Positions 16,783 to 26,401 of a stretch of DNA of 64,000 nucleotides are shown here, piece by piece. The stretch's first letter is position 1. Each line of letters opens with the position of its first letter. The position numbers and the translations under genes are program-made. Source of the stretch: Candidatus Dojkabacteria bacterium (GTDB lineage: Bacteria > Patescibacteriota > Dojkabacteria > J137); contig JAMQHH010000005.1 in the NCBI GenBank assembly GCA_025993875.1, forward strand, positions 8,183 to 72,182, written 5' to 3'. A model generated the notes under the pieces. The model ran no database searches and was not told where the DNA came from. It saw only the letters and a program-made list of their open reading frames with translations.

Positions 16783-16868
16783 AATTAAAGATACACCCCT
16801 TGTAGACATACTGCTCTCGACAAAGTCGAGTTGGTGGAGCTTGTCCGCCGAAGCAAAGCGAAGGAGGA

Positions 16869-16890
16869 AGTTCGAATCTCGGTCGACTCA
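16869..16890 (+). repeat. Direct repeat of the tRNA-Lys(TTT) 3' end (att-like scar)
   Basis: AGTTCGAATCTCGGTCGACTCA is identical to tRNA positions 16761-16782. The flanking bases cannot form a T-stem, so this is not a second tRNA. Confidence 0.7.
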
Positions 16891-17032
16891 AAAAATATCT
16901 GAATAAGCTGAGTAATTATCCAATTTTCCTGGTATTAACATTATGGCAATAATAAATATCTAGTGTATGGCTCGCTTTCTATCTTTTTTAAAATAGTATG
17001 CAAGTGGTTTTAACCATAAGAATGGTTACTTA

Positions 17033-17915
17033 TTTGTAAAATACTATGAACATGTTACAAATTTAATAAGCGATTAAAAGTTATAGCTGATAAGCAAAAT
17101 AGGAATGATGCTGAAATGACTGATCTCTTTCTAAATTTGTTGAAATCTATAGCTGAATAACTTTTTAACCATGCCACCACTTTTTCAATTAATCCTCTAG
17201 TGTATTTATGCTCATGTGTAAACTTAAATCGTGGTCCTAATTTTCTGTTATTGCTACAATTCTTCATCTCCATTCTTACCTGGCAATTTTGTTTTTTTAA
17301 TTCTTGTCTTCTTTGGTACCTCTCATATCCTTTATCCAAGAAAAGCTCATAAGGTAATTTTTTAATACCAATAAGCATTTTATCAAGTATCTCTGAATCT
17401 GGAGCGCTACCAACATCTACAGAGTAATATATCGGAACACAGTCTTCAGTTATTGCTATTGTTATCTTTATACAGTAATTATGATATTTTCCGGAATACG
17501 TTACTAAATTACATGTTCTGTACGATACCCGATCACTTGAATCTATTATTACTTTTCCTAATCTTCTTATTGTTAAGTTGGAAGTTATGAATTTGTGAAA
17601 TTTTTTTAATAATCCTCTTCTTTGAATTTCGTAAAGATATCTTCTACAAGTTGTTTGATGCTTAATTCCCCTCCATCCACAACTTGTTTTAAAAAGCCTT
17701 TGTAATTCAATTAGCATAACAATAGCACTTATTGGTTTGGGTCCTCTTTTCCCAGGTTTTCTTTCTGGTAGGAATTTACATAGATGCGCAAGAAACTTCT
17801 TTGTGTTATTATTCATTGGATGAGTATTTAATAGTTTGACACTATATTATGCCCATCCATTCATAACTTTTCAAGTTTTATTGAAATTTGTAACATCTTC
17901 TATGTAATTACTTAG
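17033..17915 (-). mobile_element. IS5-family insertion sequence (approximate ends)
   Basis: The single transposase ORF is flanked by imperfect terminal inverted repeats sharing the core ATGTTACAAATTT. The left is ...ctatgaacATGTTACAAATTTaataa at ~17045-17075. The right, as reverse complement, is ...catagaagATGTTACAAATTTcaataa at ~17880-17912. Confidence 0.6.
17055..17816 (-). CDS. IS5-family (IS427/IS1031-like) DDE transposase
   Basis: N-terminal KRGPKPISAIVMLIELQRLFKTSCGWRGI matches the 'RGRPR...ILYVLRTGCQWRxLP' block of IS5-group transposases; 253 aa. Confidence 0.7.
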   Translation of the reverse strand: MNNNTKKFLAHLCKFLPERKPGKRGPKPISAIVMLIELQRLFKTSCGWRGIKHQTTCRRYLYEIQRRGLLKKFHKFITSNLTIRRLGKVIIDSSDRVSYRTCNLVTYSGKYHNYCIKITIAITEDCVPIYYSVDVGSAPDSEILDKMLIGIKKLPYELFLDKGYERYQRRQELKKQNCQVRMEMKNCSNNRKLGPRFKFTHEHKYTRGLIEKVVAWLKSYSAIDFNKFRKRSVISASFLFCLSAITFNRLLNL

Positions 17916-17955
17916 CTACTTCGGGGCAGGTGCTCAATAAATTATCACAAGATTA

Positions 17956-18546
17956 CTAGGCAACAACTTTCTTATTAAAAAATTTATAGCTGTAAGTTTG
18001 AAACAATATTGATGCAACGAATAAAATTAATGTAAAAACTCTTATTGTTGGCTGGTTTGTGTTTAAATGTACTATCAACTTATCTATAGAATCAATGCTT
18101 AAATTTGATACAATAAGTAATCCTAATGTTGTAATTGTCGCTCCTAAAGATGCCGTAAGAATAACTAAAATAGCTTTTCTAAAAACTAGTGATAAAACAC
18201 CTCCAATAATAAAGGACAATAATGCAACTGCCCTAAGTGAATTTTCGTCTATTTGTAGTATTGACGAAATATTTAAAAGAACTATTGTTAACAAACCTCC
18301 CCCAGAAACAAAAATGGCAATTTCAAAGAAGAAAAATGATATAGCAACAAAAAACAAACTAACAATAAATGATGTAATAACTATTCCAATCGAATCAGAA
18401 CCGCTTAAGGTAGTTATTAAATAATTAAGACCTAAAAAACTTCCCAAAAAAATCGCCAATAAAAGTGCTCTTTTAAAGTATTTTTTCCCAAACCCCAATA
18501 AAAACATTCCTGTAATTATAAGTACAAGTGAGTATACTATAAACAT
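17956..18546 (-). CDS. Polytopic membrane protein, unknown function
   Basis: 196 aa with five or six hydrophobic helices. Confidence 0.4.
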   Translation of the reverse strand: MFIVYSLVLIITGMFLLGFGKKYFKRALLLAIFLGSFLGLNYLITTLSGSDSIGIVITSFIVSLFFVAISFFFFEIAIFVSGGGLLTIVLLNISSILQIDENSLRAVALLSFIIGGVLSLVFRKAILVILTASLGATITTLGLLIVSNLSIDSIDKLIVHLNTNQPTIRVFTLILFVASILFQTYSYKFFNKKVVA

Positions 18547-18730
18547 AAACTCAAAATAAGAAATAAACTAGATATATAAAATAATCTGCAACCCATTTTA
18601 ACAATATTTTAATTGTTTATTAAAATTATATTGAAAATTTTTTAATCTGTTAGAATCGAAATATTGAAAATCTCTACCCATCTTGTACAATAATACCATA
18701 GACTTTTAATTTATTTTTTAGAATGAACAT

Positions 18731-19552
18731 ATGAAGTTAAAAAATGTTCTTGCAGGTCTTATTCTCTTCGCACCTGCTGCTTTTCCAATCTCGGCATTGG
18801 CTCAAGAAAGTTGTAATAATTTTATGGAGGAATTCTCCACAACTCTTCCCTCTCAGTTAACAACAACAGTTTCGGAAGGTAATTTGGTGGAGACAAAAGA
18901 TGGTGTGCTTGTTAGTACAATATCTAAAGTTAATACTGCAAACAAACTTAATTTTTCCCAGAGGGTTGTAGGCGAAAATGCTGAAGTAAGGGTAGATTTA
19001 TCTGATTTTGTTGCGAATACTGCAGGAAACAGAATTGCAGATGCAGGATTAGATTTTGATAGCAGTTCAAGCTCTTTTAGATTAAGGATGGAAAAAAGCT
19101 CAACAGGACCTGCAAAATTTTACATGACTGCCTTCGGGAATTCAGCTGTAAACATTTTCCCTGGGGTTACTTATTTTGCTAATGATGAAAAAGTCGTTAC
19201 ATTTGTTATAACTAAAGTTGGTAGCTTAGTAACTGGGAGTGTAAAAGTAGGCGATACTTATACAGTTTTAGGTACTGCTTTTACAGATTCTAAGTCTTTT
19301 AAGGTTGCTCTTGCACATTACGTAGGTAATACAGAGGAACAAGTTTCTATCGCAACATTCGATAACTTTTCTGTAAAGTGCTCTGCAGAAACTGAAAGCG
19401 GATCTTTAGTTAACTCTTTGATAACAAATTATGATAAAACGCTAAAAACAACTCCGACTGTTCAAACAGAGGGAGTGGTATGGGCAGCTTTAATAGTAGC
19501 GTTAGCTTTGGGTACAACTGCTGTGTATCTTTCCTTAAAAAAGAGAGGTTAA
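18731..19552 (+). CDS. Secreted, C-terminally membrane-anchored protein of unknown function
   Basis: Signal peptide MKLKNVLAGLILFAPAAFPISALAQE and a C-terminal hydrophobic anchor VVWAALIVALALGTTAVYLSLKKRG. Confidence 0.5.
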   Translation: MKLKNVLAGLILFAPAAFPISALAQESCNNFMEEFSTTLPSQLTTTVSEGNLVETKDGVLVSTISKVNTANKLNFSQRVVGENAEVRVDLSDFVANTAGNRIADAGLDFDSSSSSFRLRMEKSSTGPAKFYMTAFGNSAVNIFPGVTYFANDEKVVTFVITKVGSLVTGSVKVGDTYTVLGTAFTDSKSFKVALAHYVGNTEEQVSIATFDNFSVKCSAETESGSLVNSLITNYDKTLKTTPTVQTEGVVWAALIVALALGTTAVYLSLKKRG

Positions 19553-19576
19553 GCTAATTAGCTTAGAAGAAATTGA

Positions 19577-19608
19577 ATCGGAGCCAAATAGGCTCCGATT
19601 TCTTTTCT
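19577..19608. terminator. Rho-independent terminator (likely bidirectional) between convergent genes
   Basis: A 9-bp perfect stem ATCGGAGCC / GGCTCCGAT with loop AAATA, followed by TTCTTTTCT. Confidence 0.6.
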
Positions 19609-19684
19609 AAGTAATTTTGTGGTAAAAATAAAAAGATATAGCTATTGTCAAATACTTCTAGACAAAGTTTTAAATAAAGCTTCT

Positions 19685-20179
19685 TTATCCCTCTTCTACA
19701 GCCTCGGGCGGATTATCCTCTAGCAGCAGAGTAGTTACTTTATCTAAAACTTCTTGTGGCAACTTTAAAAGCCCTATAAAGGAATAATCCGGACTTTCAA
19801 TTGATATTGATAGTGCCAAACATTTGAGATATTCTTTTTTAAATTCAGTAGTGGGAATATCTCCATTTACCAACATTTCACCTGCGGTTTTAATCCTTTC
19901 TTGAATAAAACTGTATTGTTGCAGTATATCTAAGCTCAAAAATCTCGATAGAAGTGCAGTATCGGTTGATAAAAGACTCTCCGCACTCTTTTGTAGATCT
20001 CGAAGTTCATCTTTAGACATATTTGCATTACCATCTTTTTCCCCTGTCAAAAGCAAGTTGTGTAAACTGCTAACAGAAGAAAAAAAAGTTTTATATTGCT
20101 CGGGAGTTAAGTCCGGCCTAATAGAATCCCTTTTGTATGGGAGAGTAATAAAAGCAGAAGGAATTTTTAACTTACCCAT
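19685..20179 (-). CDS. Hypothetical protein (164 aa)
   Basis: ORF only. Confidence 0.4.
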   Translation of the reverse strand: MGKLKIPSAFITLPYKRDSIRPDLTPEQYKTFFSSVSSLHNLLLTGEKDGNANMSKDELRDLQKSAESLLSTDTALLSRFLSLDILQQYSFIQERIKTAGEMLVNGDIPTTEFKKEYLKCLALSISIESPDYSFIGLLKLPQEVLDKVTTLLLEDNPPEAVEEG

Positions 20180-20259
20180 ATGTTGTGTTTTGTAAAAAAA
20201 TAGATTCGGTGATTTTATAGGCTTTTATCGGCTTTTGTCAACTTTTTGCCTAAATTGAT

Positions 20260-20934
20260 TCATTTTCTGTATTCTAAAATGCTTCCCAACCCCATATTTT
20301 TACCAAAAGTGTCTATTTCGTTAACAAAATATTTAATTTTAGAACCCCAATTTTCGCACCCGGGCTCACTACCGCAAAAGGTGGTTTGCATTAAAGTTGG
20401 ATCGATAATATATCTGTGTCCATACTGGTTTACTAAAACATCCGTTATTGTAAAAATGGCTTCTTTAAAATTTTCAAAACTTCTTCTATAAATTCCTCCA
20501 CCCCCAAATCCCCAGCAGTTTTTCATTTCAAAAGAATTATAGTAGTTGCAAAGATCTGTTTCGTTTTTGGCTATTGCTGCAATAATGGTGCAATCTTTCG
20601 GAGCATTAAATTTTTCACACCCTTCGACAATATTACTGCCTTGTAAATACAATGGGGATTGATTCTTTAAAAAATATTGATCTAGTATATATGCCCTTTT
20701 ATCCTGATAATTTATCTGCGAATATTGTTGAGAATTATCTGCCTCTCCTAAAATTGCGGACCCGGACTTTTTGAAAAGATCCTGTCCTAAAATATCGATA
20801 TTAAATGATGAGCTAAACCCATTCACTCCGGCCGAAAAAAAACTGATTGAAAAAACAATCCAGCTTGTAATTAAAATTATATTAAAAAAATGTCTTCTAC
20901 TTTGCATATACAACAAATACTTTGTTTTGATCAC
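20260..20934 (-). CDS. Putative peptidoglycan hydrolase (glucosaminidase/lysozyme-like), membrane-anchored
   Basis: N-terminal TM helix. IAAIAKNETDLCNYYNSFEMKNCWGFGGGG has a Glu-containing catalytic-like block and a glycine-rich loop reminiscent of GH73/FlgJ-type glucosaminidases. This is weak. Confidence 0.35.
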   Translation of the reverse strand: MIKTKYLLYMQSRRHFFNIILITSWIVFSISFFSAGVNGFSSSFNIDILGQDLFKKSGSAILGEADNSQQYSQINYQDKRAYILDQYFLKNQSPLYLQGSNIVEGCEKFNAPKDCTIIAAIAKNETDLCNYYNSFEMKNCWGFGGGGIYRRSFENFKEAIFTITDVLVNQYGHRYIIDPTLMQTTFCGSEPGCENWGSKIKYFVNEIDTFGKNMGLGSILEYRK

Positions 20935-21622
20935 GGTCTAGGGTTATCATTTTTATCTGGATTTCTTCGCTTTCTTCTACAACGCTTTCTAAATTGGGAC
21001 TAAAACTCCCCTTCCCTTTAACAGCAAAAATTTCTTGCTCTATATATATTTCATCTCCGCTTTGAAGTCTGTCAATAAAACTACAAGTAGCAGCCGTTCT
21101 TAAACAAAAAAGATATCTACCACTTGTGTCTTTGAACCCGCTAAATTTACCTTGAATATTATTAGAAATTTCCGAGCTTACATTTAATCTCGGTATAGAA
21201 ATATTGCCTTGTGTTAACTGCTCAAAACCCGCTTCCTTAAATTTTTCATATAATTCAGTTAACGTATTTTTTGCCTCTTTGGAAAAAGTTACGGGGAGAA
21301 TTTGCGTATTAGTATCAATACTAAAATTATAATTAAGGGCTTTTACAAGTGCTGTTGTTTCGGTTGGCGAAATGACAGCTTCGGTTGTTGGTGTGGGAGT
21401 ATTTTCGGGAGTAAGTGTTAGTTCGGGTGTAATACTAGGTACTATAAAATTATAGTTTCGTCTAACCGGTATAAATTTTTGAATTTCGGCAATAACATTC
21501 TCTAACGGAGCTTTTATAATTAGCCAGAATGAGTTAATAACAGCAACTACACCAATTATACAGACAATCAAAATTGCAAAGATCATAATAAATGTGTTTT
21601 GATCGTCTCGATTAATTGCCAT
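20897..21622 (-). CDS. Membrane-anchored protein, unknown function
   Basis: N-terminal TM helix; 241 aa; Thr/Pro-rich linker TPELTLTPENTPTPTTEAV. Confidence 0.4.
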   Translation of the reverse strand: MAINRDDQNTFIMIFAILIVCIIGVVAVINSFWLIIKAPLENVIAEIQKFIPVRRNYNFIVPSITPELTLTPENTPTPTTEAVISPTETTALVKALNYNFSIDTNTQILPVTFSKEAKNTLTELYEKFKEAGFEQLTQGNISIPRLNVSSEISNNIQGKFSGFKDTSGRYLFCLRTAATCSFIDRLQSGDEIYIEQEIFAVKGKGSFSPNLESVVEESEEIQIKMITLDRDQNKVFVVYAK

Positions 21623-23585
21623 TTACATCCATTTTATTAAAAAGTTTTATATTTTCCTCCGAAGGCGTTTGTGAGATTATAACCTTATTTACCTCGTGTT
21701 TTAAAAGTGTTAGGGGTTCTTGGTTATTAATAGATTCAAGCCTTAAAATTATTTTTAGGTCTTTCTTTTTTAAATTTGTAATAACTTCTGAAATTATTGC
21801 CGTAAGCTTTTTTAGCTCAAGCGCGGTAAATGTTTCTTTGTAAAAAAAGATCTTCCCAAAATTTTCAAAATTAATAACTACTCCATCCGTAATTTTGCTA
21901 TTCAGCTGGCTTAAATCCATTAGAAGTGAAGGAATTTCCAGCTCGACCCAAAAATGGGATTTAGAATTAATCTTTAAAAAATTAAAAGCAAAAAGCTCTC
22001 TTTTAATTTCGGTAATTTCGTCGGCAGATCTACAAGAAGGAATTATCCAATTTATTTTACTTCTTTTAAAATTATCGGGAAGCCCTTTAAAAATACCCTG
22101 AGATTGAATTGCCAATAAATTTTTTAGTTCGGATTGAGTTGTTTTCTGATAATTTGTTACCAGCCTTAAAAAAATCTCTTTTTCTTCGAAAAGTTTTGCT
22201 AAAATTTTGGAATTTAAAGATAAGTTGTTAAGCATTCTTGTAGCGTTTTTAGATGAGTCATTTTTTTCGGCACCAGGATTTATTGTTAGTGAATATTGCG
22301 GACTAATATCAAAAAAAACTCCGTTAAATCTTTTAGCATCATCCAGCTTTTTAGTTTGCATCTCGGTTACATCGAGTAGGATTGGAGTTTTAGTTTTAAT
22401 ATCTCTGTTTAGTTTATTTTTTGATGCTAAATCGCGGACTTGTTTTATTTCTAGATCATTAAGATTAAATTCGATTTTTGCGACATTCTCTATTTTTTCT
22501 AAACTCGTATTTATCTCGTGCTGCTTTATTTTCTCTTGTATGGTTGTAGACTTGATAGAATTTAAATCTAATCTTTTTATAGCGATCTTGTTTTTAGGTT
22601 CAGATTTTAAAAAAGAAAGTGAAGAAATTTCTTCGATCGAAACAATACCTTCGCTTATATTCCAGCTTATCTCGAGAGGAACGCCATGTGATTTAGATTC
22701 AATTTTTTTTCCTATTTTGGCAATTTCAATTATTTTTTCGGCACTTAGTTTGGGTCTGTTGCGCCAGTTTTTAGAGATTTCGACCTCTGTTTTTTCGTTT
22801 GATGGGTCTGCGCTTTTTTTGCTTGTTACTATTTTCATTATTTTTTGCTCTGTGAGTCTTTTTTCTACTATCTCTCCGTTTCTCTTGGAAACTTTGTAAA
22901 CATCGCTGTTAGAATCCAAATAGCTTTGAAAGTCGCTTAAACCGTATACTGCTCTAATTTCCAGCAGATCTTTTTCCTGCGTTGCCGGAGGTATTGTAAA
23001 GATCTTCCCCGAAATTTCGGGAATATTCATTATCTGAATAATTAAACCAAGAGAAATCTCTTTTTTGTAATTATTTAGACCTCTAAGTTCTATTGCTTCG
23101 GTAGAAAATAAAGATGCCCACGAATTAATAATTGCCCACTCCAGAGCTTTTTCACCGTTTACATATTTTACCGAGTATCTCTCTCGTTGAGGTATTACAT
23201 TTTCGGGGATAAAATGTGATTGTTTTACCAAAACAGTCGGATTTTCGGATTTAGTTAGATTATGGTATGCAAACATTAAAGGCTTTTTTATTGTTTCTCC
23301 AAGGCGGGCGTTAAAAATCTCTTTTAGTATTTGCTGAGAACATCGTTGTGCTGATCCCGAGATTAGCGGATTATATTCCTTAAGAATATCCGCGATTTTT
23401 TTTGTAAGACGTGAAGACTCTAAAAAATGTTCAAATGCGTGATTAGAAATACAAAAAAAGGGCGAAAAAGGAATTTTTTCTTTATAAAGATCTAAATATA
23501 TTTTGGCATCGTTACCTAGATATCCAGCTTCTTTTTTCCCGATATTTTTGGGATTGTAAACCATCAAGGGTAATCTTCCAAACAC
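21612..23585 (-). CDS. PPDK_N (PEP synthase/pyruvate-phosphate dikinase N-terminal ATP-grasp-like) domain protein with unknown C-terminal half
   Basis: ALEWAIINSWASLFSTEAIELRG matches the PpsA/PPDK_N block 'vWaSlf..RAi.YR'. No swivel-His (GGxxSHAAI) or PEP-utilizer C domain was seen; 657 aa. Confidence 0.5.
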   Translation of the reverse strand: MFGRLPLMVYNPKNIGKKEAGYLGNDAKIYLDLYKEKIPFSPFFCISNHAFEHFLESSRLTKKIADILKEYNPLISGSAQRCSQQILKEIFNARLGETIKKPLMFAYHNLTKSENPTVLVKQSHFIPENVIPQRERYSVKYVNGEKALEWAIINSWASLFSTEAIELRGLNNYKKEISLGLIIQIMNIPEISGKIFTIPPATQEKDLLEIRAVYGLSDFQSYLDSNSDVYKVSKRNGEIVEKRLTEQKIMKIVTSKKSADPSNEKTEVEISKNWRNRPKLSAEKIIEIAKIGKKIESKSHGVPLEISWNISEGIVSIEEISSLSFLKSEPKNKIAIKRLDLNSIKSTTIQEKIKQHEINTSLEKIENVAKIEFNLNDLEIKQVRDLASKNKLNRDIKTKTPILLDVTEMQTKKLDDAKRFNGVFFDISPQYSLTINPGAEKNDSSKNATRMLNNLSLNSKILAKLFEEKEIFLRLVTNYQKTTQSELKNLLAIQSQGIFKGLPDNFKRSKINWIIPSCRSADEITEIKRELFAFNFLKINSKSHFWVELEIPSLLMDLSQLNSKITDGVVINFENFGKIFFYKETFTALELKKLTAIISEVITNLKKKDLKIILRLESINNQEPLTLLKHEVNKVIISQTPSEENIKLFNKMDVNGN

Positions 23586-23658
23586 TTCTTTTATTTAATA
23601 TTTAAACTGATGTTTTAAATATTATGCGTATAAAAGTTTTTAGTGTCAAATTATAACC

Positions 23659-26154
23659 TTAATTATTATTCTTTTTCTCTAACTTTTTTACTAAAAAGTT
23701 CTCTTTTTGATAATCTACCATAATACTGTCTCCAGATTTTATTTCGCCAAGAAGTAACTTATTAGATAAAAGATTATCTATCTCCCTTTGGACTGTTCTT
23801 TTTACAGGTCTTGCACCAAATTGTGGCTCTATACTTGTAAGCGCTATCTGCTCAATTGCTCCTTTAGTAAACTCTACAGTAATGTTTTGATCTTTTAAAA
23901 GTTTAGCTGTGTTTTTTAAAACCAATTCTGTAATACTTCTTATCTCTTTTTGAGTTAATGCCTTAAACATTATTACTTCGTCCAATCGGTTTATAAATTC
24001 CGGTCTGAAAAATTTTTTTAACAACTCAAAAACATCTTTTTTAAGTTCTTCCCATTTGGGAATAATTTCGGTTGTGGATTTTAGCTTAACTAAACTTTCA
24101 CCGCTTGTTTTGGGCTTTATCTTATCGACCATCTTTGCCATTTCTTGCGCCCCGATCGTTGCTAAAATAAGTTCGGATCCTATATTGGATGTCGCGATTA
24201 TTACTGTATTTTTAAAGTCCACCGTTCGACCTTTCCCGTCGGTAAGCTTGCCGTCGTCTAAAACCTGCAAAAGAATATTAAAAACATCGGGATGCGCCTT
24301 TTCTATTTCGTCTAGAAGTATCACTGAATAAGGCTTTCGTCTAACTCTTTCTGTTAATTGACCCCCTTCATCGTAGCCCACATAGCCCGGAGGAGCCCCA
24401 ATAAGTCTGGAAACTGAAAATTTTTCCATATACTCGCTCATATCGAGTCTTATCATCGAATTTTCGTCTCCAAACATAATTTCTGCAAGACTTTTGGCAA
24501 GTTCCGTTTTTCCAACTCCAGTTGGACCCAAAAATAAAAATGAAGCTATTGGCCTTTTGGGATCTTTTAATCCTGTTCGCCCCCTTTTTATTGCTTCCGC
24601 TACTGCTTTTACTGCTTCTTCCTGCCCTATAACTCTTTCGTGCAGTTTTTGTTCAAGATTGATTAGACTCTCTCTCTCCTCCTTATTTAATTCTGTTAGA
24701 GGTACTCCGGTCATTCGAGAAATTACTTCAAAGATATCCTGCGTTGTGAGTTCGGGAGTACCACTTCCCTTAACGGTTTGCCACTCTGCCTCCAATGGTT
24801 TTAATTCATCTTTTTGTTGTTCTATCTGTACTTTTAATTCTGCTGCCTCTTTAAGCTGTCCTCCCCTTGTTAAAGCCTCCCTTTCACCTTCGAGCTTTTT
24901 TATTTGGGCTTTTAACTGTGCCAGTTTTGGAGGTTCTGTAGTAAATTTTAATCTTACTCTGCTTGCTGCTTCGTCTAACACGTCAATTGCTTTATCGGGT
25001 AGGAACCTGTTTTTAATGTATCTGGCCGAGAGCTTGGCTGCTTGTATAACTGCATTTTCCGCTATTTTTAATTTATGGTGCGACTCGTATTTGGGTTTTA
25101 TTCCTTCCAGAATCTTTATCGTATCATCTATACTTGGCTCTTCGATAATCACCGGCTGGAACCTTCTTTCTAAAGCTGCGTCTTTTTCAATATATTTTTG
25201 ATATTCATTTAAAGTAGTTGCACCAATTACCTGTAACTCTCCTCTGGCAAGGGCCGGCTTAATAATATTAGAGAAATCAAGTTCTCCCTGCTGGGCACCC
25301 GATCCTACAATAGTATGCAATTCATCGATAAACAAGATAATGTTTCTTTCAGCTTTTTCGATCTCATCTACCAGTTTTTTTGCCCTTTCCTCAAATTCCC
25401 CTCTAAATTTAGAGCCTGCAACAAGAGAGGCCAAATCCAGTGCCTTAACTTTTTTATTTAACAATATTTCGGGAACTGAGTTTGTAACTATTCTTTGTGC
25501 AAGCCCTTCGGCAATTGCTGTTTTTCCTACACCAGGCTCGCCAATTAAAACCGGATTATTTTTTTTACGTCTCGATAAAATTTCGATTACTCTTGTAATT
25601 TCGTTATCTCTTCCTATTACAGGGTCAATTTTATCCTGTTTTGCAAGTTCAGTAAGATCTTTTGTAAACTGATCTAAAACAGGAGTTTCGGTTTTGTTTT
25701 TTTGTTTATCACCTTCTTTATCGCCTTCCCCCACAACTTTTATTACAGCCTGCCTTGCTTTGATATGTGTTACCCCGAATTTTTTTAAAACCTGAGCAGC
25801 TAGTCCTTCCTCCTCTTTTACTATACCCAGTAAAAGATGCTCTGTACCGATGTAGTTATGGTTTAATTCCAAAGATTCCTGGTAAGCTAATTCGATAGCC
25901 TGATTTGCTCTTGGTGTAAAAGAGGGTTGTGCATTGGATGTTCCTACAGCCATAATTTTTTCCAGTTCGGAATTTAATGTCGAACTGTTTACACCAAGCT
26001 CTTTAAATATCTTATTAATAACGATTGTGTCTTGTGCTATTCCAAATAAAACATGCTCTGTATCAATAGACCTCTGCCCTTTTTCCTGTGCCTTTAAAAA
26101 AGCCTCCTGTAAAGCTTGATGTGTTCTTTTAGAAAATAATTCGGCAATATTCAT
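23659..26154 (-). CDS. Clp/Hsp100 AAA+ chaperone, ClpB/ClpC family
   Basis: Two Clp_N repeats (GTEHVLFGI / GTEHLLLGI), two AAA+ modules ([15 protein letters not shown]; [15 protein letters not shown]) and a ~100-aa coiled-coil middle domain. No obvious ClpP-docking [IV]GF loop was seen; 831 aa. Confidence 0.9.
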   Translation of the reverse strand: MNIAELFSKRTHQALQEAFLKAQEKGQRSIDTEHVLFGIAQDTIVINKIFKELGVNSSTLNSELEKIMAVGTSNAQPSFTPRANQAIELAYQESLELNHNYIGTEHLLLGIVKEEEGLAAQVLKKFGVTHIKARQAVIKVVGEGDKEGDKQKNKTETPVLDQFTKDLTELAKQDKIDPVIGRDNEITRVIEILSRRKKNNPVLIGEPGVGKTAIAEGLAQRIVTNSVPEILLNKKVKALDLASLVAGSKFRGEFEERAKKLVDEIEKAERNIILFIDELHTIVGSGAQQGELDFSNIIKPALARGELQVIGATTLNEYQKYIEKDAALERRFQPVIIEEPSIDDTIKILEGIKPKYESHHKLKIAENAVIQAAKLSARYIKNRFLPDKAIDVLDEAASRVRLKFTTEPPKLAQLKAQIKKLEGEREALTRGGQLKEAAELKVQIEQQKDELKPLEAEWQTVKGSGTPELTTQDIFEVISRMTGVPLTELNKEERESLINLEQKLHERVIGQEEAVKAVAEAIKRGRTGLKDPKRPIASFLFLGPTGVGKTELAKSLAEIMFGDENSMIRLDMSEYMEKFSVSRLIGAPPGYVGYDEGGQLTERVRRKPYSVILLDEIEKAHPDVFNILLQVLDDGKLTDGKGRTVDFKNTVIIATSNIGSELILATIGAQEMAKMVDKIKPKTSGESLVKLKSTTEIIPKWEELKKDVFELLKKFFRPEFINRLDEVIMFKALTQKEIRSITELVLKNTAKLLKDQNITVEFTKGAIEQIALTSIEPQFGARPVKRTVQREIDNLLSNKLLLGEIKSGDSIMVDYQKENFLVKKLEKKNNN

Positions 26155-26224
26155 ATTAATATTATTAAAATATTATATATAACCAGTTTAAAAAATTTGT
26201 TGAGTTAATTCAAACAGTAAAATT

Positions 26225-26251
26225 TTAGCACAACAGTGCTGTGGCTGCTAA
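26225..26251. promoter_or_regulatory. CIRCE-like inverted repeat (candidate HrcA-type operator) upstream of the Clp chaperone gene
   Basis: TTAGCACAA-N9-GGCTGCTAA against the CIRCE consensus TTAGCACTC-N9-GAGTGCTAA. The outer TTAGCA / TGCTAA arms are perfect. It lies ~70 nt upstream of the Clp start codon. Confidence 0.4.
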
Positions 26252-26401
26252 TTTTTCTCTCATTTGGCGACTTCGGTTTTCTGCTTTTTAAGCGGGGAGA
26301 CATTAACAAGAGGAGATTTGCTTTTGTTTTAATAAAATTTTTGGCAATTAACTTGTTATCAAATTCTTGTTTAATCTGTTTATATACTTTAGAATAGATC
26401 C

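Noticed and set aside
16783-16890. Possible second tRNA or tRNA pseudogene downstream of tRNA-Lys(TTT)
   Set aside because: Only the 3' 22 nt match the tRNA. The bases preceding the TTCGAAT loop (GGAAG) cannot pair with CTCGG, and no D or anticodon arm can be drawn. Treated as an att-type direct repeat instead.
16697-16891. 64-aa minus-strand ORF overlapping tRNA-Lys(TTT) and its downstream 22-nt repeat
   Set aside because: It is entirely contained in tRNA plus att-scar sequence. The translation includes a duplicated SRPRFEL block caused by the direct repeat. Translation artefact.
24056-25672. Antisense ORFs inside the Clp chaperone gene (24056-24331, 24494-25201, 25340-25672), and similar shadow ORFs inside the giant hydrolase, nrdJ, secA and the NHL gene
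   Set aside because: They lie wholly within long, motif-supported genes on the opposite strand. They have low-complexity Ser/Phe/Leu-rich translations typical of the reverse frame of AT-rich coding sequence, and no independent support.
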